Of a DNA stretch of 64,000 bases, positions 52,599-64,000 are shown piece after piece. The stretch lies in assembly GCA_043228905.1 (NCBI GenBank), contig JBHGNT010000017.1:18104001-18168000 (forward strand), read 5' to 3'. The stretch is from Azolla caroliniana (Eukaryota > Plantae > Polypodiophyta). Position 1 is the stretch's first letter. Each line of letters begins with the position of its first letter. A program made the position numbers and the translations under genes. The notes beneath the pieces are model-generated. The model saw only the letters and a program-made list of their open reading frames with translations. It searched no databases and was not told where the DNA came from.

Positions 52599-53959
52599 TA
52601 AACCTAAAAAAACAAAAAAAAACCTTAAAAAATGGAAAAAAAACAAAAAAAACACAAGAATGTTTGAATAACATTCGCATTCGTTTTTCAATATAGGAAA
52701 ACGAAAGTTATGCTAGACGAACACGCATTTTACGTAATATGGTTCTGGTACCCGAATAACTTTGTTGTAAAAGAGTAGGTGGGATAATTTTGTTTGTAAA
52801 TGAGGGGGTGGGGATTATGGTCAAATTCGTGAGGGGAAGGCCAACGTGAATTTTACTGAATTTGTTGGTTTTCAGAGTTGTTAGATATATAGATCTCTTT
52901 AAAGGTAGGCCTTGTGAATCTTAATGGCTGAACTTTGACGTATTTTGTTTGCTAACCAATCGAAGCTGTGTTTTTTAGAAAAAAAAACAATTTCCATTCA
53001 ATAAAGCTTTGAGATTGCTTAGCCATACACGAGGGTATGTTATCCACTATATACATAATAAGGGGCATATTCACAACAAATTGCCGCTTGTTTCTCTTTC
53101 CACTTTCTTTTCTTAAAAGATTTGTGTTCTTAATTGATACATAAGGTTCTAAACTCCATGATAAGAAATGGTGGCATTATATCAATAATGCATTAATGCA
53201 TTTGTCTAGAGAAAATCACTTGGAACTTACGTACTTGCTTGCCAGTTCAACTTTCCATGCTTAAGCAACACAAAACATGCCAAACCACAATCATGAAACT
53301 GTTCACCTTGCATGTCCATTTGGACAAATAATCATGCATACAAAAAATATTTGAATCTTACCGTTTAATCGCAAAACTTACACTCAATTGTAACATTAAG
53401 ATCCTAGATTTAGGTGTAATGTAATGTTCAATCCCTAGTTTGATGGAATTTGCACCAACGATGTATAATGGAAATCACCTTCCAATTATGAAATTCAAGG
53501 TGCAAATACCTCTTAAAGTTTTGTATTTTTTTTTCAAATAAATACCGTTAATTAGAATATCCATAGAAAGCAAAACTCATTGTAGAATTCATCGGTTGAC
53601 TTTCAGTTTAGTATAGAAAAACTCACTTCATGGGGTATGAGTCCCCAAACATAATTTTGCATTTTGTCTTTACTAATGTTCACTAGAGTTTAGTAGCTTT
53701 ATGCTTTAAACAGTTGATATCTTGAGATTGCATAATTATGTCCATTATTGCATGTAGTAAGATTTTAGGCCCCAAATATCATGTACAATGTATAATTGTG
53801 TTATCTATCTGATTTTGAGTTCAAACCAACTACAAAAGTTCGAGATATAATGTCATATCACACACATAGGATGTGTGCAATGGCCATACATTAGAAGCAT
53901 AGTTAAGAATATTAATTCATAAACGAAGTTGACTATTGCTATCATTTGTTTGATAGTTT

Positions 53960-54320
53960 TTTTTTTCTTTTTTCCCAAAAAAACACTACTTCGCATTAGT
54001 TAGCAAACAAATTACATCATAGATCCCCAAAAATTCCTCTCATCAACCCTCACTCTGGCCTTCCCACCAAAGTGGACATAGTCCCCACCTCATTTTCAAC
54101 AAAAGTATCCAAACAACTCCTATAACCTAGTAATTTGTACCATATCTATACATATTTACAGCACCTAGTCAATGATGGAAACCATTGGGGGAAATAGCCA
54201 TCAGGGTGCTTGGTAGTTCCATTGAGGCCCCGATGCTGATCTACCCACCATAGGAGAACTACCCCATTTCAGCAAGAACTTTGATCGAGTTCTTTCAGTT
54301 GCATCAGATTCCCCCTTAAT
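53960..54320 (-). repeat. Unclassified A-tailed interspersed repeat (other copies 56091-56399 and 51830-52988)
   Basis: Shared AAAGTTYTTGCT.AAAT.GGG..CTCCTATG.TGG..ACCAAGCACC core and CTAACTAAT..GAAGTAGTGTTTTT..GGAAAAAA end. Confidence 0.7.
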
Positions 54321-55262
54321 CGAATCGTATCGTCCCTGCAGCCAAGATACCAACTCAAACCAGATATTTAATAAACCTCACCGCTAGGGATCTTTGGTTG
54401 TTGAAAAACAAACTTACAACGCCTGGTCCAAATGTGCCAAACCGATAAACAAGCCACCATCATCCATATCTCTTCAAAAATTCTGAGTTAGTGCCAGGTC
54501 GAACTCCAGATCATTGCAACACCTTGCCACCCTGCACTATAAATCCATGACTGTGGGGGTTTAACTGTTCAGCCCAGCCTTCCCCTACTAACTTCAGCCC
54601 CTATACGGACCCCCATACAACTCTCCCATTCACGTCGCATGCTGCCACTATCTTGAGACTTCTACCCCAAATGTTAACAGCCTCTATGCAATTCCAAAAA
54701 CAATGAGGAATTGATTTGGTGAATATATTTTTTCATAACGCATTAGCAAATGTTTCAAACTCAAAACACAAAATCTACGAGAGTCTAAAAGTACTAAAGC
54801 ATAACAACTATAGTGACTCAAAAACAATGGAAAACATAAAATGTTGGCACTTGAAAGGCAACCTTGGGGTTGGATGTTGCAACACAAGCGATAATTCAAA
54901 TCTCCACATGTGCTCTCCCTTTCATGGAGTAGAAATTCATGCAAAGGTATCACAAAGTGGTGATGGCTAAATCCATCAACATATGGTTACATGTAACTAC
55001 ATATTAATGGAGTCAATAAGGACAAATATAACCCAATAATGTGTATGCTCATAATGTAAACCCTCAGTTTCTTCTGTGAAGACTTTCAACAACTTGTAAT
55101 AAGGTTCAATAAATATCGGTTGTGTGTGTTGGTCATGATGATCTTTTATTGAAAGGGCACATGCATATAAAACACAATGAAGTTTTTTTCCATACTCATT
55201 GAAGGAGTCGACACGCCCTTTTACTCATGTGTCTCACATGTAGTTAGCTCTAGTTTTTTTTA

Positions 55263-56436
55263 GGGAAAAGTACCAAGATACCCCTGGAAGTTTGTCTATT
55301 TACCAGAATGCCCCTGGAAGTTCCAAATTTACCAAACTACCCCTATGTCCAAAAAAATACGCTTTATAAAGTAATTATACACTCAAATCTACAAGCCCTA
55401 TTTACCAAAATACCCTTAAACCTTAACTTACTTACCATAATGCCACTATATACCTATTTTGACCAATTTATACCACTTTTATTTTTCAAAATACATCATA
55501 AATCAAACTAAATTATCAAAATTATATTATATATCAAAATTTTTAATTGAAAGGTCACCTTAAAATCCAATTCTATGAATTTAGTGTAAAATCATGAAAT
55601 TTGGTTTAAGATGACATTTTAATAGCAAAGTGTTATGTGAGATTTCATTTAAAATGACATTTTTGTAGCAAAGTTTTTCATGAGATTTGGTTTAACATTT
55701 TGGCCGCAAATTGTTTGTGATTCATGGAATTTGGCTTCAAGTGGCATCCCAATGGTAAAATTTGGTGTGTGATCAAATGTTTTGGTTTTAAGATTAAATT
55801 TTGGTCACTACAATCACAAATTTTGGTTTTATGGGATTAAGCCAGTATAACTTGGTGTAAATTCATAGAATTGGATTGTAAGGCGACCTTTCAATTAAAA
55901 TTTTTGATATATAATAAATATACTTTCATTAATTTAGTTTGATTTATGATGTATTTTGAAAAATAAAAGTGGTATAAATTGGTCAAAATAGGGCTTGTAG
56001 ATTTGAGTGTATAATTACTTTATAAAGTGTATTTTTTTGGACATTGTGGTAGTTTGGTAAATTAGGAACTTCCAAGGGCATTCTGGTAAATTGAAGGGAA
56101 CTCGGATGCAGCCGACAGGGCTCGCTCAAAGTTTTTGCTGAAATGGGGTCGCTCTCCTATGATGGTTAATTCAGCGTCTGGTCCTAAATGGAATTACCAA
56201 GCACCAAGATGGTTGTTTCCGCCATTGGCTTCGTTGTGAATATGTGGTCACCATGGTGGTCACTATGTAAAAAGAGGCAGTGGGTTACTCTTGTTGTAAA
56301 TAGTTAGGTGAGGATTATGCTGTTTTGAGTATGGCTGTTCTTCGATGTAATTCTTTTGCTAACTAATGGGAAGTAGTGTTTTTTTTGGAAAAAAAAAAAT
56401 AGACAAACTTCCAAGGGTATCCTGGTACGTTTTCCT
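55263..56436. mobile_element. Mutator-like foldback element with long TIRs
   Basis: GGGAAAAGTACCAAGATACCCCTGGAAGTTTGTCT... mirrors ...AGACAAACTTCCAAGGGTATCCTGGTACGTTTTCC; ~300-bp arms (55263-55600 vs 55855-56090 plus 56400-56436). Confidence 0.8.
56091..56399 (+). repeat. A-tailed interspersed repeat inserted in the right arm of the foldback element
   Basis: Splits GGTAAAT|AGACAAAC; ends in a poly-A run. Confidence 0.75.
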
Positions 56437-59170
56437 TTTATTTATTTGTCTAGTATCTACTATCATATTCTTTTTGTTTGTTCTTTTTTCCAAAAAACAA
56501 AACTCCTTTCCATTAGTTATAAAATTTTACAGCTAAGATTGTTATATACAAATCCCAAAAGGGACTCGATATTTCTATCTTTTGTGGAGGCCCATTGACT
56601 CAAGAAAGGGAGAGGACGTCCATTGTTGGATGAAGGCTAATCGTTGTCTTTCGGCTCCATTGGATCCACCCGTGATTCTACCGTATTGGCTCTTTAACAT
56701 GACTACAACTACCATCATATTCTTCATGCACAATAAAATATTCCTTTATCGCCATGAATAATGTGAATTTAACCAGGCACATATTATCAATAGTATACAT
56801 TCTCTTCATGTTTTTCTTTTTCTTTTTCTTTTTTGCTTTAAGGAGTATGAATGTCTAGTGCACATATAATTGTACGAATTTCAATCTGTGTGTGCTTGTA
56901 AGGTCTAATTGGAACTCTAGTCACTTTCGCAATAAATCTGAAGTTTCTAGCAAAATATGATGCGAGAAAAAAAATGTACGATGTCTCTTGATGCTTTAAA
57001 TTTAGGTTTCTATGGCCTTTATCACAACTTGCCTACTTCTACATGTATGCATTCTCCGCGAACTCCTATCAGAAAATCTACATACCATCTACTCACTCAT
57101 AAAAAAAATAGTTGGGAGAGAAACAGACAATATAAAAGCTTAGGTAGATATGATGAGACATTTACTTGATTAATAAGTATATTGTATATGCGTGTACGAT
57201 GAAGGGTAAATAAAGTGAAAAGAACAAAAGAATACCCTAGAGAGGGTTCGAGAGTTCTAAAGATATATAGACAAAGAATTGTGGTATTTAGAGAGAGAGA
57301 GAGAGTGTGTGTGTGTGTGTGTGTGTGTTGAGGGGATAGAGGGTAATATTTTGGAAATTGAAAGAGAAAAGAGCATACTAAAGTTTCTAAAGAGGCCAAT
57401 GTGGCTTGTAAGACCAAACCGACATTCATATTTATGTTTTGTTTGCTTGTTCGATAAATGAAAATGAGCAAGTGCTAAATAAATGTAAGTAAAGATTGAT
57501 AATGTCGATCCATCCCAAGGGCCCATGAAGACCCCTTTGTGATTGGGATTATTGTATTGTGTTTGATGGGTTTGAACCCAAGCCTCATATGCTTCTCAAT
57601 CATTTTAGAGTGAGTATGTGATTTTGGAGAGAGTGAAGAATGGACAAAAACTCAATCGGTTTACATTCTAAAACTAGATGTTTCTTTTTCGTGAGATCCA
57701 AAGAAGATCAAGGGAATACCCATAAAGCTCAAGATTTATATATGGCCAATTCCTAGGTTCACACTCCTTTACTGCCTTAACACTTTTGAGAAATATAGAA
57801 AGAGTAAAGTTATTAATAATGCTTATTGATATGAAAGTAAATCAGACTTTGTACATGAAGGTGAGCTAAAAATAATAAGCCTTTCCAAGGACATGTTACA
57901 AGTGGAGCCTTCTATTTGTTGACATTATGCCCATAATAAACTAACGTTTGGATGATAAGTGATAAACATTGGGCTATAAAATGGGCAAAGAAAAGAAAGA
58001 CAAGATAAAGGGAACTTCACTCTCTTTATCCCTACAATAGAATGTCATAATGATCATTTTCCTTCGTAAAAGGAGGCCTACCTTTCCTTTGGTTTCCTTT
58101 CTAATATTGAACAATTGACTTGTTTCCCTTCTAATCTTCAATAGTTGACTTGTTAGAGGCTAAAACATTATATCTAGGGGTTTTAGCATGTTGATTTAGT
58201 GAAAGCATCGATGACATTGATAAAACCACCATTATAAGAACAAAGGTGCTGCAAGGTGAAGGAAAGTACAAGGGTAGTACACCCTCTAAATATCCTATAT
58301 GCTTATGAGCCTATATCATGCCTTACTATTGGCCCTTGACTAAGGATTTGTGTATGCTTAAAAAGCATAGGTAATAGAGGAGCAAACAATTGCAAGTAAG
58401 TGCTTGCAAGATTTCCCTAACTTTTTCCTTGTAGCATTCAATATCATGAGCTCTTGTTGACAAGAGCTAGGTGTATGGCATAGTAGACAAACGTGAGGGA
58501 GGGCAAGTGTCGATACTCAACTACCACATGGCCTCATTGTTAGGATTGTCTTTCAATAAGGTATGATATCGTTTTCAATGCTTTGGCATTGGGATCATGG
58601 AAAGCGAACTCAGTAAATCCAGGTTTTAGAATAATACCATTTGACTCTAAAGTTCCAGACTTAAAAATAAAGGAAAAACAAAAACAAAAAGCAAGCAAGC
58701 TCAGGCAATGAACTTGTTGCCCCAGGACTTGAACCGCGAGCCAATTGTGCAGCGGGTCACGAACTGTTAACAAGGGGGGGAGGGGGCTCGCCAATATGAC
58801 GAGACGAGCGAAGAATTTCGTAAAAGCTGGTGGGGGCGGGCGGTACGGTGTCAATGTACCACAACATTGCATGGTAGTAGTTATGGACAGGCAAAGGCTC
58901 TCTTTCGGTCACGATATGTGGGTGGCAGCCACATTCTTTTTATACGAATACAAACGAATGCATATGTTATCAAAACATTCTTATGTTTTTTTTTTTTAAC
59001 ACTTTTTACCTTAAAATATTTTTTACCTTATAATAAATAATGGATACCAAAGTAATGGTATTTACCATAGTCGAAAGATTGAAGCATTCGCGAATGCGAA
59101 TGCGAATTCACGTATGGTACGTATGGTTCATACTGTGGATCAGTTCCTTGTGTGTGAATGGTGACCCATT

Positions 59171-59217
<47 letters not shown>

Positions 59218-59665
59218 TTCTGTTTTATTCAACACTTCTTTCCATTTGGAAAGAAAGAAATAAAGCAAGAAGAAGTTACTGAAACAATCATCATCACTAT
59301 TCATGGAGGTATGTGTGTGTTTTGTGTATAGTATTATTGTATTCAATCCTTCTAACAAACTCTTTTTTTTTTCTTCTTCTTCTTCTTTATTAGGTCTTAT
59401 CCCCTGTCTCCTAATCTCAACTCAATCCCTTCTTCCTTCTCCTTTCCATGGATTTGAATAGAAGCAAAATATCAATCTAATCCTTCTTTCTTTCCTATTT
59501 GATTGAATCCAATCTTTTCTGATGGCTTCCATCCCTTCTCTGTACAGCTTGATGGGTGGAATCAGATTCTATCCTTAGCTGCTACTACTACTACTACCAC
59601 TACTAGCAGAAAGAGTCTATGAATACAGAGATAAAAGCCTGCAGAGGCCCAACAGAGCCCCCCAC

Positions 59666-61753
59666 ATGGGTCCTAATCCTACCAATACTACTCAGCACAC
59701 CCCATCCATACTCCCAAAATTCTTCTCCACCTGGGACTTGCAGATCTGTAGCACATCCCTTATATTCTTCTTCTCTCTGATCGTTCTCTTTGTTTGCTTC
59801 ATCTACTTTGATTTGACCCAATTCTCCTCAACCCTAGGTGGAATCCTCCTCAACACCAACATCCCTACCATAAGAACAATCTCAGAAAACCTAGGCAGAC
59901 ATGAGAATGTAAACCATCTCTCTGATACCATTCCCGCTCCGCAGCCGCACAAAATCATAGTCAATAAGAGTCCTACCATCACTACCAACACTACTTTGGG
60001 CAATCAATCCACAGAGTTTGATCATAGAGTTCCCGGCGATTATCCAACGCAGTTTCCTAACAGCGTCGGACAATCAATTGGAAACAAGACCGCCTCGGAC
60101 AATCAATCCACATACTTTGATAATGGTGTTTCCCACAATCAATCCACATATTTTGATAATAGTGTTTTCCACAATCAATCCACATACTTTGAGCATGGTG
60201 TTTCCCACAATGATCCGACATCATTTCTGAATGATTCGATCGCCCTAGCCGACGCCAGACCCGGGTTTGGAAAAACCAGAAGCATAGGTGGATGTGATTT
60301 ATACGATGGTTCGTGGGTTCGAGACGAGAGCTACCCTTTATACTTGCCGAACTCGTGCCCATTTGTTGATGGGGGATTTAACTGTCAAGTGAATGGGAGG
60401 CCAGATGAAGACTACCTCAAGTGGAGATGGGAACCCTCTGAATGTGATCTACCAAGGTAACACCACAAAACCTACTTTCTGTCTAATTGATAATCAATAC
60501 CACTAGCAAAATTGATAATCAATACCATTAGCAAATTTGTAACTTTTACTTTGTAATAATTTAGTTTAGTTTAGTAGAAACAGTATCGTCAATGAAATTG
60601 ATAATCAATACCATTAGCAAATTTGTAACTTTTACTTTGTACTAATTTAGTTTAGTTTAGTAGAAACAATATTGTTAATGAAATGTTGTAGGTTTGATGG
60701 AGAAAAGCTATTGGAGAGCCTAAGAGGTAAGAGACTAGTCTTTGTGGGAGATTCCATTGGGAGGAATCAATGGGAATCTATGCTTTGCCTTCTAGCTGAT
60801 AAGGTCAAGAATAAGACACGAATCTATGAAGTCAATGGAGAACCGATAACAAAGCACAAAGGATTTCTTGTGTTTCGGTTCGAATCGTATGACTTCCACA
60901 TCGAGTATTATCGGTCTCCTTTCCTTGTGCCACAAACTAGGCCACCGAAGGATGCCCCAGACGGTGTGAAAACCGCTTTGAAGGTCGACACAATGGATTG
61001 GACCTCGGATCGTTGGGTCGGAGCTCATGCCATTATCTTCAATGCCGGACATTGGTGGAGCTATGAGAAGACCATTCGAGGGTAAGCATATATCTCTCTT
61101 TCTATATAGTTTTTGCTCAAAATCTCTGGTAACATATAATATGCACACAATGCAACATCACAAAACAAACACCTACACTTTGGTTTTTATACTATTGATG
61201 TTCAAATCTCTTGTATATAATATGCACACAATGCAATATCACAAAACAAACACACACTTTGGTTTTTATACTACTAATGCGCACTTGGAACAAACAAATG
61301 CCGATATAGTATATGCACAATTAACTATCTTCTCATAGTGGCCCACAATACAACACATCATACACACATGGGTTCTTTTAGGAATGCATGATATGTACTA
61401 CTTGTGAGGCGAAAAACCCACAACCAAAGTTTTCAACACTTGGAAGCATTCGAAGCATAGGTCACATATATCGGAGACTAATCGAAAACATGTGTGCATA
61501 GATCATCAGCAAGTGCGCACATAAGCCTAAACTGGAAACCCTAGTCCCTAAACCTTTATTGAATGGTGGATTTTGTATGTTTAAACAGGGGATGCTATTT
61601 TCAAGTAGGGGAGCATGTGAACATGAGCATGGATGTGAAGGATGCTTTTGAAAAGATGATGCACACATGGAGGCATTGGGTGGCCACTCATGTGGACCTT
61701 ACTAAGACCAAGGTCTTCTTTAGAACTTATGCCCCTGTTCACTTCTCGTAAGT

Positions 61754-61823
<70 letters not shown>

Positions 61824-62347
61824 GTTACAAACAATTGCATTGAAGGAACAATGTTGACATATGTGTTAATTGACAACCACATCCCAATCAAAATTAATTA
61901 GATAGCTCAAATGTCCATGCCAATTTATTTGATCATTTTCATTTTCATGCAATTAGGTGTATTGGACACAATGTTTACATTACAACTCATCCTTATCTTT
62001 TATAAACATGTTGAGTGATGATAGTGCATGTGTGTGCCTGTAGTGGGGGAACATGGAAGACAGGTGGACAATGTCATACAGAGACCAAACCATTTGGTTC
62101 AAACATGACATTCGAAGGGGAGCCGTGGACAAATAAGGTGATCATTCGAGAAGTCCAAAAGCTTAAGGGAGCCAATCTTATTGACATCACTCACTTGTCC
62201 AACTTTCGCCGAGATGCACATCCCTCCATCTACAATGTGGATTCCTCGGTTCCACGTTCCATGAACCGTCAAGATTGTAGTCATTGGTGTCTACCTGGTC
62301 TACCTGACACTTGGAATGAACTACTACTTGCAAACATATCCTCGTGA
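59666..62347 (+). CDS. TBL: Trichome birefringence-like (TBL/PC-esterase) polysaccharide O-acetyltransferase, 4 exons
   Basis: Approximate exons 59666-60456, 60692-61081, 61589-61747, 62044-62347; N-terminal TM helix; [41 protein letters not shown]. Confidence 0.95.
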
Positions 62348-63295
62348 ACAATCTACAAATTTGACAATCCTCTCAATTCAATGGATCCTATACATATGAT
62401 CTTTGGCACCTTGAGCATCCTCTCTTATCATTTATCATGGAACATATGGACTAAATCAACCCCTTAAAAACTTCATGAAAGATGAAATTCCAACGATGAG
62501 AGCAACATGCTAGAGGTATCGGATCCTAGGGCAATTACTGAATTGGGATGTTTCCCCAATTCTCTATGGAGTTAGCAATGAAACCAACTTCACACCACCA
62601 AATGTTGTATAATGAACAAAACCACATGTGAGCATATATTCTTTTTTATGTAAAAAAAATAAAACATCCTATGCAAATTGAGGATACTTAATTGAGATAT
62701 ATAGTGATGAGTAATGGAAATAGAGAAGAATGACTTTCTACAAAAAGCAGTGGGAGAAATCTTTATTAGTAGTAAACCTATGTTAAATGTATAATATTTC
62801 ACGTGTATGATTGAGTCGTGACAGCTCGTTCCGGAGCAAGCCACCTTTTGGCAGGTTAAAATAATATCACTATCCATTTAATTATCATTAAAGCTATTCT
62901 GATACAGTACAATAGTAACTGAAGCTTCTCATATCAATGTAGAGGATTATATTAAATGTGAAGATTCTTGAGTATGTTCCAAGGAAACTAACAGTAAACA
63001 GATGTGAATTAGAAGAGTATTCTCTAACCTTTTGCTTATATTCTAAGCAAAAGAATTCATCAACATACTGTCTTCCTTTTTGTGGAGTTGAAAGGTTGTT
63101 TTACCTTTTTTTTTGTGTGTTCAAGGCAAAAACAATGCAAAAGCAAGTCACAAAACCCATGTATCATACACAACTTGCTTTTTACAAGGTCTGGTTTCAT
63201 GTAGTACACCTTAAGTGATTTGCCTCGAAAAAAAAGCAAAACCATTCATTCATGGATAATTATCTACATTTTATAAACTAGTTAAAACCATTCAT

Positions 63296-64000
63296 TCATG
63301 TACATGCTAATGCTTGTAGTTCTTTCAATGGAGTGCCATGACTTCCATCATTTTCATCAACAGATGGAATATTCAGCTGAAATTCTCTTGTTTCAAGCAC
63401 CTCCCGAAGGGGATCATAATCACTAGAGACAACATAAACCTCTGGGTTTTCTTGCAATGCTTTAGCTACCTGCTTTGCAAAGCACACTTTCTGGTTCCAA
63501 GAACCAGTCTCCCATGCTAGTCTTGAAATGAGAGCCCCATTTTTCCCTTCACACAGTTTCTGGAAAGCCATTTCAGCAACCCTGAAAAACATGAGCAAAG
63601 AATAATCAAATTTTTAGAAATTTTATGGTTACAATATTGAACTCTGATAGTGCATTTCTTCATCATGGGTTTAACTCTACGGTAGTGTGTCTAATTGTTA
63701 TCAAATTGTTAGATTCAATGTGTCTAAAAATCATTCATATTTTGATTCTGAGATCATTATAAACTATCATGGCCATCTACCATTTTCTCATAAAATGGAA
63801 CAAACCTGGAGTCTCCTTTTGAATGGAAAGCTTCAGCTATCTCCACAAGTAAAGGAGGAAAGACCGAACAGTTTAAAGCTTGGTTGAAAGCAAACTTGGC
63901 TTCTTCAATTCGGTTGGTTGTAAGAGAGACTAGTGTCAAATATGCCCATATTTTGAAGTTCCAGGGATCCAATACATTCCCTTCTTCAAGAGCAGCTTGT
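63296..64000 (-). CDS. 3' exons of a TPR protein, CFAP70/TTC18-like (continues beyond window)
   Basis: Exons 63806->64000 and 63296-63581; ALEEGNVLDPWNFKIWAYLTLVSL...EEAKFAF resembles the CFAP70 C-terminal TPR (recognised from memory). Confidence 0.55.

Overview
Eukaryotic land-plant nuclear DNA, most likely a fern or other seed-free plant. This is inferred from plastid fragments carrying many unedited C-to-U sites, a CFAP70-like flagellar gene and self-priming Tcn1-like gypsy elements. About 4.5-40.6 kb is a deeply nested retrotransposon island that can be resolved by target-site duplications (TSDs). Copia A (4473-11452, TSD CATAG) carries three solo LTRs. A Tnt1-like copia B (11900-22587) has a young, nearly intact relative C inserted in it (13851-19282, TSD GGTGT), and part of this nest is locally duplicated. 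A LINE is interrupted by copia F (26920-31729, TSD GTTTT), and three stacked gypsy remnants follow. Next comes a mosaic of plastid fragments (ndhK, trnI intron, psaA, ycf1, rpoC1; 40.6-42.5 kb). Three host genes follow: an 11-exon NAD(P)HX dehydratase, a 4-exon TBL O-acetyltransferase and the 3' end of a CFAP70-like TPR gene. Between them lie MITEs and a solo LTR. The most intriguing signals are (i) tRNA-like A/B-box modules lying antisense in the U3 region of three different LTRs, (ii) Tf1-style self-priming signatures in two gypsy elements, (iii) the unedited mosaic plastid insertion and (iv) the same insertion site present side by side as a solo-LTR version and a full-length version. All calls are by eye; no database search was run.
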